From a virus (Duplodnaviria > Caudoviricetes), in IMG/VR virus record IMGVR_UViG_3300032236_000753, positions 1 to 58,415 of that record: a stretch of DNA of 58,415 nucleotides; one strand, 5' to 3'. The notes beneath the pieces were generated by a model, which made no database searches, was not told the origin of the DNA, and saw only the letters and a program-made list of their open reading frames with translations. The position numbers were made by a program, and so were the translations under genes. This document shows positions 1-9,399 of this stretch, in pieces. The stretch's first letter is position 1, and every line of letters starts with the position of its first letter.

Positions 1-123
1 GGCGAACTGGACCGTGAACTTCCGCTGGAGCAGCACGGTTTCCGCCAATACGGCAATGTCCACAGGGCAGTCGGTGACGGTAGCGTTTTTGGTTACGCAG
101 GGTAGCACTGCGTATTATAATAA
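1..123. repeat. Terminal direct repeat, copy 1 (circular-assembly overlap)
   Basis: Bases 1-123 (ggcgaactgg...cgtattataataa) are identical to 58293-58415. Confidence 0.97.
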
Positions 124-283
124 CGCCATCACTGTTGACGGCACGTCTGTCACGCCAAAGTATCAGGGTGGCACGGCTTGGTCGGCGGGTAATGCGTCAA
201 GCGTTGATATTTACACCTACACCATCGTGAAGACGGGAAGCGCAGCTTTTACGATCTTTGCGTCACAGACACAGTTTAAGTGA
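1..283 (+). CDS. 3' part of a 152-aa virion/tail-fibre adaptor-like protein spanning the circular join (starts at 58117)
   Basis: The frame of ORF 14..283 continues from ATG 58117 through the overlap. The protein is paralogous to the C-terminal domain of 19522..20598 (AYYNNAITVDGTSVTP vs AYYNNAVTIDGTSVTP). Confidence 0.85.
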   Translation, partial: ANWTVNFRWSSTVSANTAMSTGQSVTVAFLVTQGSTAYYNNAITVDGTSVTPKYQGGTAWSAGNASSVDIYTYTIVKTGSAAFTIFASQTQFK

Positions 284-292
284 GGCGATAAA

Positions 293-2128
293 ATGCCTGC
301 AATCATCACTCGCGGTGCTATGTCAGCCAAAGGATTTGGGTTTGGAGTGGGCGGTGTCCCATCTGTATTTGCTGGGCTTACAACACCCAAATTGCTCCCA
401 CTGGCAAGCTTCAGCACTCATTCTTTATTAGCGGTTGCGGTAAATTCTTCTGGTTTGTTTGTCGCAGTCGGGTTTGGACAAACAGGAGGAAATTACTACC
501 CTATCGCATCAAGAAGTACTGACGGCGTAACGTGGTCTACGCCAGCATTAACTAATGGGACAACAATTCCAGGTTCTTTAAGGGCAATCACAGTAACTCC
601 ATCAGGATTATTCGTAGCTGTAGGGTTTGTTTTTACTGGTTCTCCCTATGCCGGTATTTATGCCACCAGCACAGATGGCATAACATGGACGACTGGATAT
701 ATTAATAATTCTTCAACAGCATTTGCTGCATTTGGCATAGCAGTAAATTCTTCGGGGTTATTGGCCGCGGTTGGGTATAATTATCTTTCTGCTGGCTCAT
801 TGTATTCAACTAGTAGCAATGGATCTACTTGGTCTACAGTGTCATCAATGGGTGGCATCAATGACGGTGCTACAATAAAAGGAGTTGCCGTTAATTCTTC
901 TGGTTTGTTTGTCGCAGTTGGAAGTGATTCTAGCGGAACATCTCTTCCTTGTTTTAGGACAAGTAGTGATGGATCCACGTGGAATGCATTGACAACTATA
1001 GGTTCTACAAATGGCATTTTGTGGGGAATTACAGTTAATTCTTCAGGAAGATTTGTGGCAGTTGGTATTAATTCAGCAGCATCGCCGCAAAGGGGTTGGA
1101 CAACAACCAGTACTAATGGAACTAGTTGGTCAAGTCCAACAAATATATCGCTTCAAGGAAATAATACTGCTTCGGCAATGTACGCTGTATCTGCTAACCC
1201 GTCAGGGCTTTTTGTTGCAATTGGCACTGGACAAATAAAAAGCCAAAATACTGGTTCAGACGGTACCGGGTACGTCACTACAAGTTCTGATGGATCTACA
1301 TGGAGTTCTGCCGCATTATTTAATGGATCGGGTAACGGTAGTCTTCCCAATGGCATTGCGTTTAATTCTGCTGGTTTGGGGGTAGCGGTTGGCAATACGA
1401 ACAGCGGGTATGGCACAGTTGCCTATAGTGTAAACGCACCTTCTAACTATAATAGTTACACTTATGTTGCGCCGGGAATGTATTCATGGGTTGCCCCTGC
1501 TGGTGTAACAAGTGTGTCCGTGGTGGCAGTCGGCCCCGGTGGGATTGGCTATTCTTGTGCTGGCGGCGGTGGCGGTGGTTTGGGCTATACTAATAGTTAT
1601 TCCGTGACACCGGGAAATTCTTATACGGTTCGCGTTGGGGATAGTGTTTCTGGTTTTCAAGATAGTTATTTTGTTTCCACCAGCACTGTAAAGGGTGGGT
1701 ATGCACTCTATACAACTGGTGGAAGTTATACGGGGTCTGGTGGCGGTGCTGGCGGAAATTCTGGTTCTAATTCCGGGGGTGGTGGCGCTGGTGGGTATAG
1801 CGGCACTGGTGGCGCCGGAGTGTGTTCTGGCACCGCAGGAAGTGGCTCTGGCGGCGGTGGCGGTGGCGGCGCAGGCGCTAGCGGGGGCGGCGGTGGAGTT
1901 GGATTAATGGGGCAGGGAACCAATGGCGCAGGCGGCGTCTCAACGGGTTCTGCTGCGGGTAAAGGCGGTTCCTGCGGCGCTGATGGTTATCAAGGATATG
2001 GCAATTGGGGTGGCGGTAGTCGCACTGCACCTTGCGGATGCCAATTCCCCGGAGGAACAGGCGCAGTTCGAATTGTTTGGCCCGGTTCAGCGCGTCAATT
2101 CCCATCAACTAAAGTGGGGCTTCCGTAA
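293..2128 (+). CDS. Putative receptor-binding/tail protein: Asp-box (BNR-like) beta-propeller plus Gly-rich C-terminal domain
   Basis: About 7 repeats of VAVNSSGLFVAVG and 6 of S-x-D/N-G-x-T/S-W; Gly-rich tail; lies among tail-fibre genes. Confidence 0.7.
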   Translation: MPAIITRGAMSAKGFGFGVGGVPSVFAGLTTPKLLPLASFSTHSLLAVAVNSSGLFVAVGFGQTGGNYYPIASRSTDGVTWSTPALTNGTTIPGSLRAITVTPSGLFVAVGFVFTGSPYAGIYATSTDGITWTTGYINNSSTAFAAFGIAVNSSGLLAAVGYNYLSAGSLYSTSSNGSTWSTVSSMGGINDGATIKGVAVNSSGLFVAVGSDSSGTSLPCFRTSSDGSTWNALTTIGSTNGILWGITVNSSGRFVAVGINSAASPQRGWTTTSTNGTSWSSPTNISLQGNNTASAMYAVSANPSGLFVAIGTGQIKSQNTGSDGTGYVTTSSDGSTWSSAALFNGSGNGSLPNGIAFNSAGLGVAVGNTNSGYGTVAYSVNAPSNYNSYTYVAPGMYSWVAPAGVTSVSVVAVGPGGIGYSCAGGGGGGLGYTNSYSVTPGNSYTVRVGDSVSGFQDSYFVSTSTVKGGYALYTTGGSYTGSGGGAGGNSGSNSGGGGAGGYSGTGGAGVCSGTAGSGSGGGGGGGAGASGGGGGVGLMGQGTNGAGGVSTGSAAGKGGSCGADGYQGYGNWGGGSRTAPCGCQFPGGTGAVRIVWPGSARQFPSTKVGLP

Positions 2129-2544
2129 TGGAACTTTTTATCCAAATCCGAAATGGTCAGCCGTTTGAGCACCCGATCTTTGGCGACAACTTTCGTCAGG
2201 CTTTTCCTGACGTTGATGTAGACAATCTGCCGTCTGAGTTCGCTAGGTTTGAACGTGTGCCGCAGAATGTTGTGCCGGACATTTTTGAAGTAGCGGAGGT
2301 TCGCTACGAATGGTTTGACGCCATTGTCAAAGATGTTTGGTCAGTGCGCCCTATGACAGCTCAGGAAAAAGCTGACAAGATTGCTCAATACCGGGCACAT
2401 CAACCTTTTCCGTCATGGACATTTGACGAGACCACATTAAAGTGGTCCGCGCCGACACCGAAGCCCGATGACGGACAAAAGTACCGTTGGGACGAAGCTA
2501 CCTTATCTTGGGTTGTTTTTGTCCCGCCTGCACCAACATCTTGA
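2128..2544 (+). CDS. Hypothetical protein, probable tail-fibre-associated chaperone
   Basis: Translationally coupled (TAATG) to the fibre gene; C-terminal PFPSW...W-x-AP-x-P-x-P-x-DG-x-x-Y-x-WDE motif often seen in small genes beside phage fibres. Confidence 0.6.
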   Translation: MELFIQIRNGQPFEHPIFGDNFRQAFPDVDVDNLPSEFARFERVPQNVVPDIFEVAEVRYEWFDAIVKDVWSVRPMTAQEKADKIAQYRAHQPFPSWTFDETTLKWSAPTPKPDDGQKYRWDEATLSWVVFVPPAPTS

Positions 2545-2554
2545 GGGGAAGATA

Positions 2555-3253
2555 ATGTGCAAATCACCAGATGAAGCGATAATACCAGCGCAGACGTATT
2601 CTGGTCCGCAGTTAGACCCATTTTTTTGCTTTCCAACTGCTGTCTACACAATCAAACTGCCGCAGTATGTAGATGCCGCCAAAACGGTCGTAACGGAAGC
2701 TATCGCTGCAAAAAAGAAAACGATCAAAAAAATGAATGAAATTTATCCGTTGATTATGACGGATAACTTGCACACTGATCCGCGCATGGCGGATCTAGCG
2801 GCATTCATTGGCCAAACTGCGTGGAACATTTTGAATGGCCAAGGTTATGCCATGCAAAATTTATCTACGTATTTTACGGAGTTTTGGTGCCAAGAACATC
2901 ATAAGCACTCTGCAATGGAGCAGCATGTTCATGGGTTTGGCTCACAGCTTGTGGGCTTTTACTTTATTGACGTGCCCAAAGATAGCTCCGTGGTGCTGTT
3001 TCATGATCCCAAAGCTGGTAAGGTTCAGCTTAACTTGCCTGAAGCAGACATAAACCAAGCTACGTTCGCGTCTAACATCATCAATTTTATTCCTGAACCG
3101 GGTTTGTGCATGTTTGCTCCTGCTTGGCTGGCGCATTCGTTCACTAGACATGCGGCAAGCAAGCCGATGCGGTTTATCCACTTTAACGTCAGTGTGCAAA
3201 TGAATGCTGCGCCAACAGCATGTCCTATGCATTCTGATGTTGAGGTAATTTGA
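2555..3253 (+). CDS. Putative 2OG-Fe(II) oxygenase (TIGR02466-like)
   Basis: HxH (QHVH), GFYFI, FHDP, P-x-PG-x-x-x-F-x-PAWLAHS and R-x-x-x-FN motifs; start re-placed at ATG 2555 after GAGGGG. Confidence 0.8.
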   Translation: MCKSPDEAIIPAQTYSGPQLDPFFCFPTAVYTIKLPQYVDAAKTVVTEAIAAKKKTIKKMNEIYPLIMTDNLHTDPRMADLAAFIGQTAWNILNGQGYAMQNLSTYFTEFWCQEHHKHSAMEQHVHGFGSQLVGFYFIDVPKDSSVVLFHDPKAGKVQLNLPEADINQATFASNIINFIPEPGLCMFAPAWLAHSFTRHAASKPMRFIHFNVSVQMNAAPTACPMHSDVEVI

Positions 3254-3486
3254 GTAAGTTCTGCATTCGGTTTAACCAATCTCGTGGTCAACCCGGACGT
3301 GGCACAGCCGAGCATGTTTGGCGCGTGTTCGAAGATGACAAGGAACGCTTGTTCAAGCACTTGCGCATCACTGTGCCAATTTGGGATGAACGTGATGGTG
3401 AACAATGGAATGTGTGTTGTGAAGGTGAACTTTCTATAGACCGTAGCACATCTACGGCTATAATAAGCGCGCCAACTGGCGAATAG
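3250..3486 (+). CDS. Hypothetical protein
   Basis: ORF overlapping the upstream stop, with RBS-like GAGG. Confidence 0.65.
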   Translation: MSKFCIRFNQSRGQPGRGTAEHVWRVFEDDKERLFKHLRITVPIWDERDGEQWNVCCEGELSIDRSTSTAIISAPTGE

Positions 3487-3495
3487 GGGAACTAA

Positions 3496-3675
3496 ATGGT
3501 CAAGCTTACATTCACTATCGACGAGATCAACTTTATCTTGGCAGCGTTGAGCGAGCGCCCGTTTAAGGATGTTGCTTCTTTGGTCATGAAGATCAAAGAA
3601 GATGCTGAGAAACAGCTTGCCCCGGGGGCCAGCGAATCGGTTGATACAACGGTGCCGGAAGGCGCTCCTGTGTAA
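3496..3675 (+). CDS. Small hypothetical protein (59 aa, MVKLTFTIDEINFILAALSERPF...), not in the ORF track
   Basis: AGGGG RBS; ATG 3496 to TAA 3675; fills the gap between neighbouring genes. Confidence 0.7.
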   Translation: MVKLTFTIDEINFILAALSERPFKDVASLVMKIKEDAEKQLAPGASESVDTTVPEGAPV

Positions 3676-3690
3676 AGGAAATGCGGCGCT

Positions 3691-3921
3691 ATGGATCAAG
3701 CAACGATAAACTTGGCACTTAGCGCCGTACTTTGCAGCATAGGCTGGTTCGCCCGCCAATTGTGGGAAGCGGTAAAATCTTTGAAAGAAGATCTTCACCG
3801 GCTTGAGGCGGATTTACCAAGGTCGTATGTCCTTAAAGATGATCTAGATAAACGCATGGATCATATTGAGGATATGTTTAAACGGATTTATGATAAACTG
3901 GACAATAAGGCGGATAAATAA
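3691..3921 (+). CDS. Small membrane/coiled-coil protein, holin-like
   Basis: N-terminal hydrophobic helix plus coiled coil ending KLDNKADK; upstream of the endolysin. Confidence 0.55.
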   Translation: MDQATINLALSAVLCSIGWFARQLWEAVKSLKEDLHRLEADLPRSYVLKDDLDKRMDHIEDMFKRIYDKLDNKADK

Positions 3922-4385
3922 TGGATCCGCTTACTATCCTTGCCCTTGCTAGAGGCTCTTATGAAGCCATCAAGGCTGGCATTTCTGTTGGTAAAGAAAT
4001 GCAAGGTATGTTTGGCGATGTCATGTCGCTGTTGGATAGCGCGGGTAAGATTGCCAAGTTAGCTGCGGAGCCCCCTAAGCCGGGGCTTTTTAACGAAAAA
4101 TCAGCAGAGCAAATTGCCATCGAAGCTTTTACCGCCAAGGCGGAAGTTGAGAAGATGATGGCGGAAGTCAAGAATACCTTTCTTTCTGAATATGGTATAT
4201 TAGCTTGGGACGAAATTCTTCGCGAAACAACACGTATAAAGAAAGAGCAAATTGCAGCAAGGTTACAAGCACAGAAGGAACAGGAGGCTTTTATGCAGGA
4301 TGTCATGGTTTGGGGCTCTGCTTTTATGCTTCTTGTGGTCCTCGTCATCTGTGGCCTACTCGTGGCCATTTCCGCTGTTCACTAG
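3921..4385 (+). CDS. Membrane-anchored hypothetical protein in the lysis cassette
   Basis: C-terminal TM segment (WGSAFMLLVVLVICGLLVAISAV); coupled start. Confidence 0.65.
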   Translation: MDPLTILALARGSYEAIKAGISVGKEMQGMFGDVMSLLDSAGKIAKLAAEPPKPGLFNEKSAEQIAIEAFTAKAEVEKMMAEVKNTFLSEYGILAWDEILRETTRIKKEQIAARLQAQKEQEAFMQDVMVWGSAFMLLVVLVICGLLVAISAVH

Positions 4386-4395
4386 GAGTACCGCC

Positions 4396-5154
4396 ATGCA
4401 AATGAGCCAAGAGGGTATTGACGCCCTTCTCAAGAAGTTTGAAGGTTGCAAGCTGACGGCTTATCGTTGCCCGGCTGGAGTTTGCACAATTGGATATGGC
4501 CATACGTCATCGGCTGGCCAGCCAAGCGTCAATGACGGTATGAAAATCACGCAGAAGCAGGCTGATGATATTCTTCGTTCAGATTTGGTCAAATATGAAA
4601 CTGCTGTTCATGATCTGCTCAAACAGCCGGTAAATCAGCATCAATTCGATGTTTTGGTTGATTTTGCCTACAATGCTGGTGTTGGAAATCTTAAATCTAG
4701 CACTTTGCTTAAGAAGGTAAATGCGGCTCAGTTTGACGCTGTTCCTGCCGAATTAATGAAGTGGACCAAAGGCGGCGGAAAGGTTTTGCCGGGGTTGGTC
4801 CGCCGTAGGCAGGCTGAAAGCGCCTGGTGGGTATCTGGCGAAGACGCAACAGTATCAAAACTAGTAGAAGAGCCCACTTCTGATGAACATGAACAGCGCG
4901 CCGATCCCGATCCAGTACCTGTACGAACAATGGCGGATAGCAAGCAAGGTAATGCGGCGTTACTTACGGCGGGGCTTGGAGGTTTGGGCGCAGCAAAAGA
5001 AATCGCTGCGCAGGCTCAAGACGCATCTGACACAGCAAATCAGCTTGTTGGGTTATTTGCTAACCCTAATTTTGTTATCATGCTTGCCGTTGCGGGATTG
5101 GCGGGCACGATTTGGTACTTCCGCAAACAACACATGGAGGAACACGGTGTTTAG
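4396..5154 (+). CDS. Endolysin, GH24 phage lysozyme, with C-terminal hydrophobic segments
   Basis: FEGCKLTAYRCPAGVCTIGYGHT, QFDVLVDFAYNAG and GLVRRRQAE motifs; AGGAG RBS before ATG 4396. Confidence 0.92.
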   Translation: MQMSQEGIDALLKKFEGCKLTAYRCPAGVCTIGYGHTSSAGQPSVNDGMKITQKQADDILRSDLVKYETAVHDLLKQPVNQHQFDVLVDFAYNAGVGNLKSSTLLKKVNAAQFDAVPAELMKWTKGGGKVLPGLVRRRQAESAWWVSGEDATVSKLVEEPTSDEHEQRADPDPVPVRTMADSKQGNAALLTAGLGGLGAAKEIAAQAQDASDTANQLVGLFANPNFVIMLAVAGLAGTIWYFRKQHMEEHGV

Positions 5155-5377
5155 CCTCCTGTTTACCCCTGTTGGGCGTTATTTGGCCATAGCGGTTGCC
5201 GCTATAGTCATATTGTCTGGCGTTTACTTTAAGATTCGATCTGATGCTATCGCCGAGGTTGAGGCTGCGGCGGTTGCTGATGCGCTTAGGAGAACACAAG
5301 ATGCGATTCGTGCTGGTGATTCTGTCGATATTTCCCCTGACAGCTTGCTCAAGTCGGATGGTCACCGCCGAGACTGA
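5147..5377 (+). CDS. Putative i-spanin (Rz-like)
   Basis: GGAGG RBS, GTG start overlapping the lysozyme stop, N-terminal TM followed by a periplasmic helix. Confidence 0.7.
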   Translation: MFSLLFTPVGRYLAIAVAAIVILSGVYFKIRSDAIAEVEAAAVADALRRTQDAIRAGDSVDISPDSLLKSDGHRRD

Positions 5378-5498
5378 TTTGGCTGTTTGTAGCGTTTGGC
5401 GTGACGTTTCTTGGTCATCCAAGGATACAACTGGCACCATTATAGAAGTTAAACAGAACAATGCTCGCCGCGAGGGGTGGTGCGCCGGGCAAAAATAA
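5301..5498 (+). CDS. Putative o-spanin lipoprotein (Rz1-like)
   Basis: MRFVLVILSIFPLTA-C lipobox, AGGAG RBS, overlaps the 3' end of the i-spanin in another frame. Confidence 0.75.
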   Translation: MRFVLVILSIFPLTACSSRMVTAETDLAVCSVWRDVSWSSKDTTGTIIEVKQNNARREGWCAGQK

Positions 5499-5530
5499 GT
5501 GCTATAAGAAGCACTTAGAGGAGCAACGTA

Positions 5531-6274
5531 ATGACCACCGGCTTGAGTTACGATGGTTCAGTTTCTGGCACCATGAGCTATATCCAGCAGGTGGCGGAAA
5601 TGGCGGTTGTCCCGCAGACGGATAGCAATTACGTCGCTATTCTCCCTATGATGATTACGTATGCAGAAAACCGCATTTATCGCGACTTGGATCTTCTGCA
5701 AACTTTCACGGCAAATACGTCGTTTTCCACAGTTGCAAACAATCGAAATGTAATCCTTCCTGCGGGAACTTTCGTTACTTATCAAGAAGTTAACGTCATC
5801 ACTCCTGCTGGTCAGACAAATCCTGATGCAGTGTCTGCTACTAGAAATGCTCTTATACCTACAACAAAAGAATTCTTAAATCAGGTATACAACAGCAATA
5901 CGGGCGCAACGATTCCTGTTTATTTTGCACCTTTGAGCCAAAACCAACTAATTTTGGGGCCATGGCCAGATAGCAATTACACTTTGGAGATTATTGGAAC
6001 AGTGCGCCCTGCATCCATGTCAAGTTCCAACTTGACAACATATGTCAGCCTTTATTTGCCCGATTTATTCATCATAGCATCTATGGTGTATATTTCGGCT
6101 TATCAGCGCAACTTTGGGCGCATGTCGGATGACCCAATGATGGCGCAGTCTTATGAAAGCCAGTATCAAGCACTTCTGAAGGGTGCGGGTGTTGAAGAAT
6201 TCAGGAAAAAGTTTGAAGCTGGTGGCTGGTCTTCAATGACACCGGCAGTCGTAGCTACGCCGACAAGGGGATAA
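5531..6274 (+). CDS. Putative head-tail adaptor / tail tubular protein
   Basis: ITYAENRIYRDL, LGPWPDSNY and YESQYQALL motifs; directly before the gp10-like gene. Confidence 0.6.
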   Translation: MTTGLSYDGSVSGTMSYIQQVAEMAVVPQTDSNYVAILPMMITYAENRIYRDLDLLQTFTANTSFSTVANNRNVILPAGTFVTYQEVNVITPAGQTNPDAVSATRNALIPTTKEFLNQVYNSNTGATIPVYFAPLSQNQLILGPWPDSNYTLEIIGTVRPASMSSSNLTTYVSLYLPDLFIIASMVYISAYQRNFGRMSDDPMMAQSYESQYQALLKGAGVEEFRKKFEAGGWSSMTPAVVATPTRG

Positions 6275-6277
6275 TCA

Positions 6278-8359
6278 ATGCCCCATAATAGCATCCAAAT
6301 TGTTCCTGGCGTTGATCAAAACAAAACAGTTGCGCTTAACCAAGCGGGGCTTTCGTTCACCAATCTTGTTCGGTTTGTCCCTGATAGAAACGGGCTTGGG
6401 TTAGTTCAGAAACTGGGTGGCTGGCTTCAATACATATACCTTAATTACGGATCTTACATTCGCGCTCTTTGGGCTTGGCAAGATACTAATTCCGTAAAAT
6501 ACTTGGCTGTGGGGTCAGAAACCAATTTATCGGTGATTAAAAATGCGAGTCTTGGGGGTGGCCAGCCATCTGTAATTACTCCGCAACAGCAAACTGATAA
6601 CGTATCTGTTAATGTGGCTCCTACTACAGGAAGCTCTGTTTTTGTTATTACAGACGCCGGCATTCAAACGACTCCCTATGATAGCGTGTATATTCAAACA
6701 CCAATTGCTGTTGGCGGGATCGTCATTACGGCTGGGATATATCAAGTCACTCCAATTAGCGCCTCGACATATTCGATTGTCGCAGTAGATGCATTGGGAA
6801 ATCCCAAAGTAGCGTTAAATTCGACTGCCGGAGGATTGGTTCCTCAATTTACGTCTACAAACGCCAGCGGTAACATAACAGTTACTCTCACCAACCATGG
6901 TTATGCCTATGGTGATACTTTCTCCGTTTTGGTGCCAACCTCCATTGCTGGGTTAGTGCTTTCTGGAAATTATTTGGTCGAAGCCGTTTTAACGGCTAAC
7001 ACATTTGTGATCGTGGCCACGGCACAAGCCAATACTGGCACATCGGTATATATGAATTCAGGGAACGCCAGATACACCTATTATATTGGCGTTGGCCCAC
7101 TTCCCTTGGCTTTTGGCTACGGAACAGGCGGTTATGGCTTAGGTGGTTACGGCACAGGATCCACTGGTGTGGTCCCGTCTGCAATCACGGCTATTGATTG
7201 GACTTTGGACAATTGGGGTGAAATTCTAATTTCTTGCCCGTTAAATGGCCCACTTTATCAGTGGGATCCAGAATCCGGGTTCAACACGGCAGTGGTTATC
7301 TCAGCAGCGCCAGCGGTCAATGCCGGTGCGCTCATTGCGATGCCACAACAGCAGATTGTTGCATGGTCAAGCACTTTTACTGGAGTGCAGGATCCGCTTC
7401 TTATCCGTTGGTGTGATGTTTCCAATTACAATTCTTGGATTGGCAGCGTAACTAATCAAGCTGGTTCATACCGGCTTCCCAAGGGGTCAAAGATTGTTCA
7501 ATGCATCCAGGCTGGCCAGCAGATTCTCATTTGGACAGACTTGGCTATCTGGGCGATGCAGTATGTTGGTCAACCTTATGTTTATCAATTTAACGAGCTT
7601 GGAAATGGTTGCGGATTGATTGGCCGCAAAGCTGCGGCATCGATGAATGGCGTCACTTACTGGATGGGGCAAAGCCAATTTTATAGCTTGACTGGAAATG
7701 GCATTACGCCAATTCAGTGCCCTGTTTGGGATGTGATCTTCCAGGATCTTGATACATCAAACTTGGACAAGATTCGTATCGCCCCGAATAGCCAATTTAG
7801 CGAAATCGCATGGTATTATCCTACGATCAGCGGCGGCGGCGAAAATACGGCTTACGTAAAATATAACACGGTTTTGAATTGCTGGGATTACGGCACTTTG
7901 GATCGAACAGCTTGGCTAAATCAATCCGTGCTTGGTCCGCCGATTGGCGCAGCAACAGATTACTTTTTGTACCAGCATGAAGTTTCTCCGAATGCAAATA
8001 ACCAGCCTATGCTGTCAAATTTTCAGACAGGGTATTTTGCCATGTCGGAAGGCGATACCAAGGTCTTTGTTGATCAAGTATGGCCAGATATGAAATGGGG
8101 CTATTTTAATGGTGAAGTAAACGGTGGCGCTGTTTATCAATCACCGACTGCTCAACTTCAGATAACTTTTTACACTGCGGATTATCCCGGAGATACGCCG
8201 TTAGCTTATGGCCCATATACGATCACGCAGGGTTCGCAGTATATTACGCCGCGCTTTCGTGCGAGACTGTTATCGATTGCAGTGAGTAGCAGCGATTACG
8301 GCAGTTGGTGGCGCATTGGCGATACACGGTATCGCTACCAAAGCGATGGGAAGTTCTGA
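6278..8359 (+). CDS. Phage stabilisation / tail nozzle protein (P22 gp10-like)
   Basis: 693-aa beta-rich protein with LIRWCD, NQAGSYRL, GCGLIG, EIAWYYP and RFRAR motifs typical of podovirus nozzles. Confidence 0.7.
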   Translation: MPHNSIQIVPGVDQNKTVALNQAGLSFTNLVRFVPDRNGLGLVQKLGGWLQYIYLNYGSYIRALWAWQDTNSVKYLAVGSETNLSVIKNASLGGGQPSVITPQQQTDNVSVNVAPTTGSSVFVITDAGIQTTPYDSVYIQTPIAVGGIVITAGIYQVTPISASTYSIVAVDALGNPKVALNSTAGGLVPQFTSTNASGNITVTLTNHGYAYGDTFSVLVPTSIAGLVLSGNYLVEAVLTANTFVIVATAQANTGTSVYMNSGNARYTYYIGVGPLPLAFGYGTGGYGLGGYGTGSTGVVPSAITAIDWTLDNWGEILISCPLNGPLYQWDPESGFNTAVVISAAPAVNAGALIAMPQQQIVAWSSTFTGVQDPLLIRWCDVSNYNSWIGSVTNQAGSYRLPKGSKIVQCIQAGQQILIWTDLAIWAMQYVGQPYVYQFNELGNGCGLIGRKAAASMNGVTYWMGQSQFYSLTGNGITPIQCPVWDVIFQDLDTSNLDKIRIAPNSQFSEIAWYYPTISGGGENTAYVKYNTVLNCWDYGTLDRTAWLNQSVLGPPIGAATDYFLYQHEVSPNANNQPMLSNFQTGYFAMSEGDTKVFVDQVWPDMKWGYFNGEVNGGAVYQSPTAQLQITFYTADYPGDTPLAYGPYTITQGSQYITPRFRARLLSIAVSSSDYGSWWRIGDTRYRYQSDGKF

Positions 8360-8709
8360 TGGCGAGTCTCGATGACATCCTCACAACGCAGAAAAATGGT
8401 GTGATTGCCATTAATAATTTGGCGCAAACCAATAATCGAATGCTTGGGACAACGACAACTTCAGTTATTACCGCTAGTAGTTTAGTTATAAGCGGTTCAG
8501 GATATTTAGTTCGATACTCTATATTGGTAGCTGGCGCTGTTGGAACGATAAATAATGCCAATTCAGTGGCAAATTCTTCTTCCAGCAATGCGTTGTGCGC
8601 CACACAAGCAACTGTTGGAATTTTCAACGTAGGAATGCCTTTTGTTAGTGGATTAGTCGTCAACCCCGGCGCAGGGCAATCTGTTGCTGTCACTTATTCG
8701 GTAGGATAA
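8359..8709 (+). CDS. Hypothetical virion protein
   Basis: Coupled start (TGATG), [14 protein letters not shown]; in the structural operon. Confidence 0.7.
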   Translation: MASLDDILTTQKNGVIAINNLAQTNNRMLGTTTTSVITASSLVISGSGYLVRYSILVAGAVGTINNANSVANSSSSNALCATQATVGIFNVGMPFVSGLVVNPGAGQSVAVTYSVG

Positions 8710-8714
8710 TCCTC

Positions 8715-9389
8715 ATGCCGCTTTCCAAGGGTTCTTCGAAAAAAACAATCAGCCACAACATCTCGGAGATGATTCATGCTGGTCATCCCCAGGATCAAGC
8801 AGTTGCTGCGGCGTTGAACACTGCCCGCAAGGGACATGCTTTTGGTAGTCACGTTCCTGCGTTTATGAAAAAACCAGTTAGCGCAAAAGGGGAAATGAGC
8901 CATGCTCCAGCCGCGCCAGCCAAGCCAACGAGCCCCAAGATCCATGTTGGTCCGATCCACAGCGCAGTGGCGGGGCGCACGGATCATTTGCCAGTACATG
9001 TCCCATCAGGAGCCTATGTTATCCCTGCGGACATTGTATCGGCAATGGGCGAAGGCAACACGATGGCTGGCTTTAAAGTTTCGCGGCGCATCTTTGACGG
9101 AATGCCTTATGGCGGGGGAAAGCCACTATATGGCCAAGCAGGAATGCCGTATGGCGGCAATCTCGCTCGTGGTGGCCAGCCTCACGAATCGGGGGAAACG
9201 GTAATTAATGAGCCTGGAGTGGCTGTCATTGTTGCGGGTGGAGAGTATGTAATTCACCCAGATGATGTACGTAGATTAGCGGATGGTGACTTGGACGAGG
9301 GGCACCAAACTCTAGATCATTTTGTAACTAAAATGAGAGCTAGAACAGTTAAGACGTTGAAAAATCTGCCTGGGCCAAAGCGAGACTAA
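8715..9389 (+). CDS. Hypothetical virion-associated protein with two G[AE]YVI-x-x-D-x-V repeats and an LARGG motif
   Basis: Basic N-terminus ([16 protein letters not shown]); repeats [11 protein letters not shown] and [11 protein letters not shown]. Confidence 0.7.
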   Translation: MPLSKGSSKKTISHNISEMIHAGHPQDQAVAAALNTARKGHAFGSHVPAFMKKPVSAKGEMSHAPAAPAKPTSPKIHVGPIHSAVAGRTDHLPVHVPSGAYVIPADIVSAMGEGNTMAGFKVSRRIFDGMPYGGGKPLYGQAGMPYGGNLARGGQPHESGETVINEPGVAVIVAGGEYVIHPDDVRRLADGDLDEGHQTLDHFVTKMRARTVKTLKNLPGPKRD

Positions 9390-9399
9390 GGGGAACAAT

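Noticed and set aside
1-123. 123-bp terminal repeat as a biological direct terminal repeat
   Set aside because: It lies in the middle of a CDS that reads through the join; most simply an assembly overlap of a circular or permuted genome.
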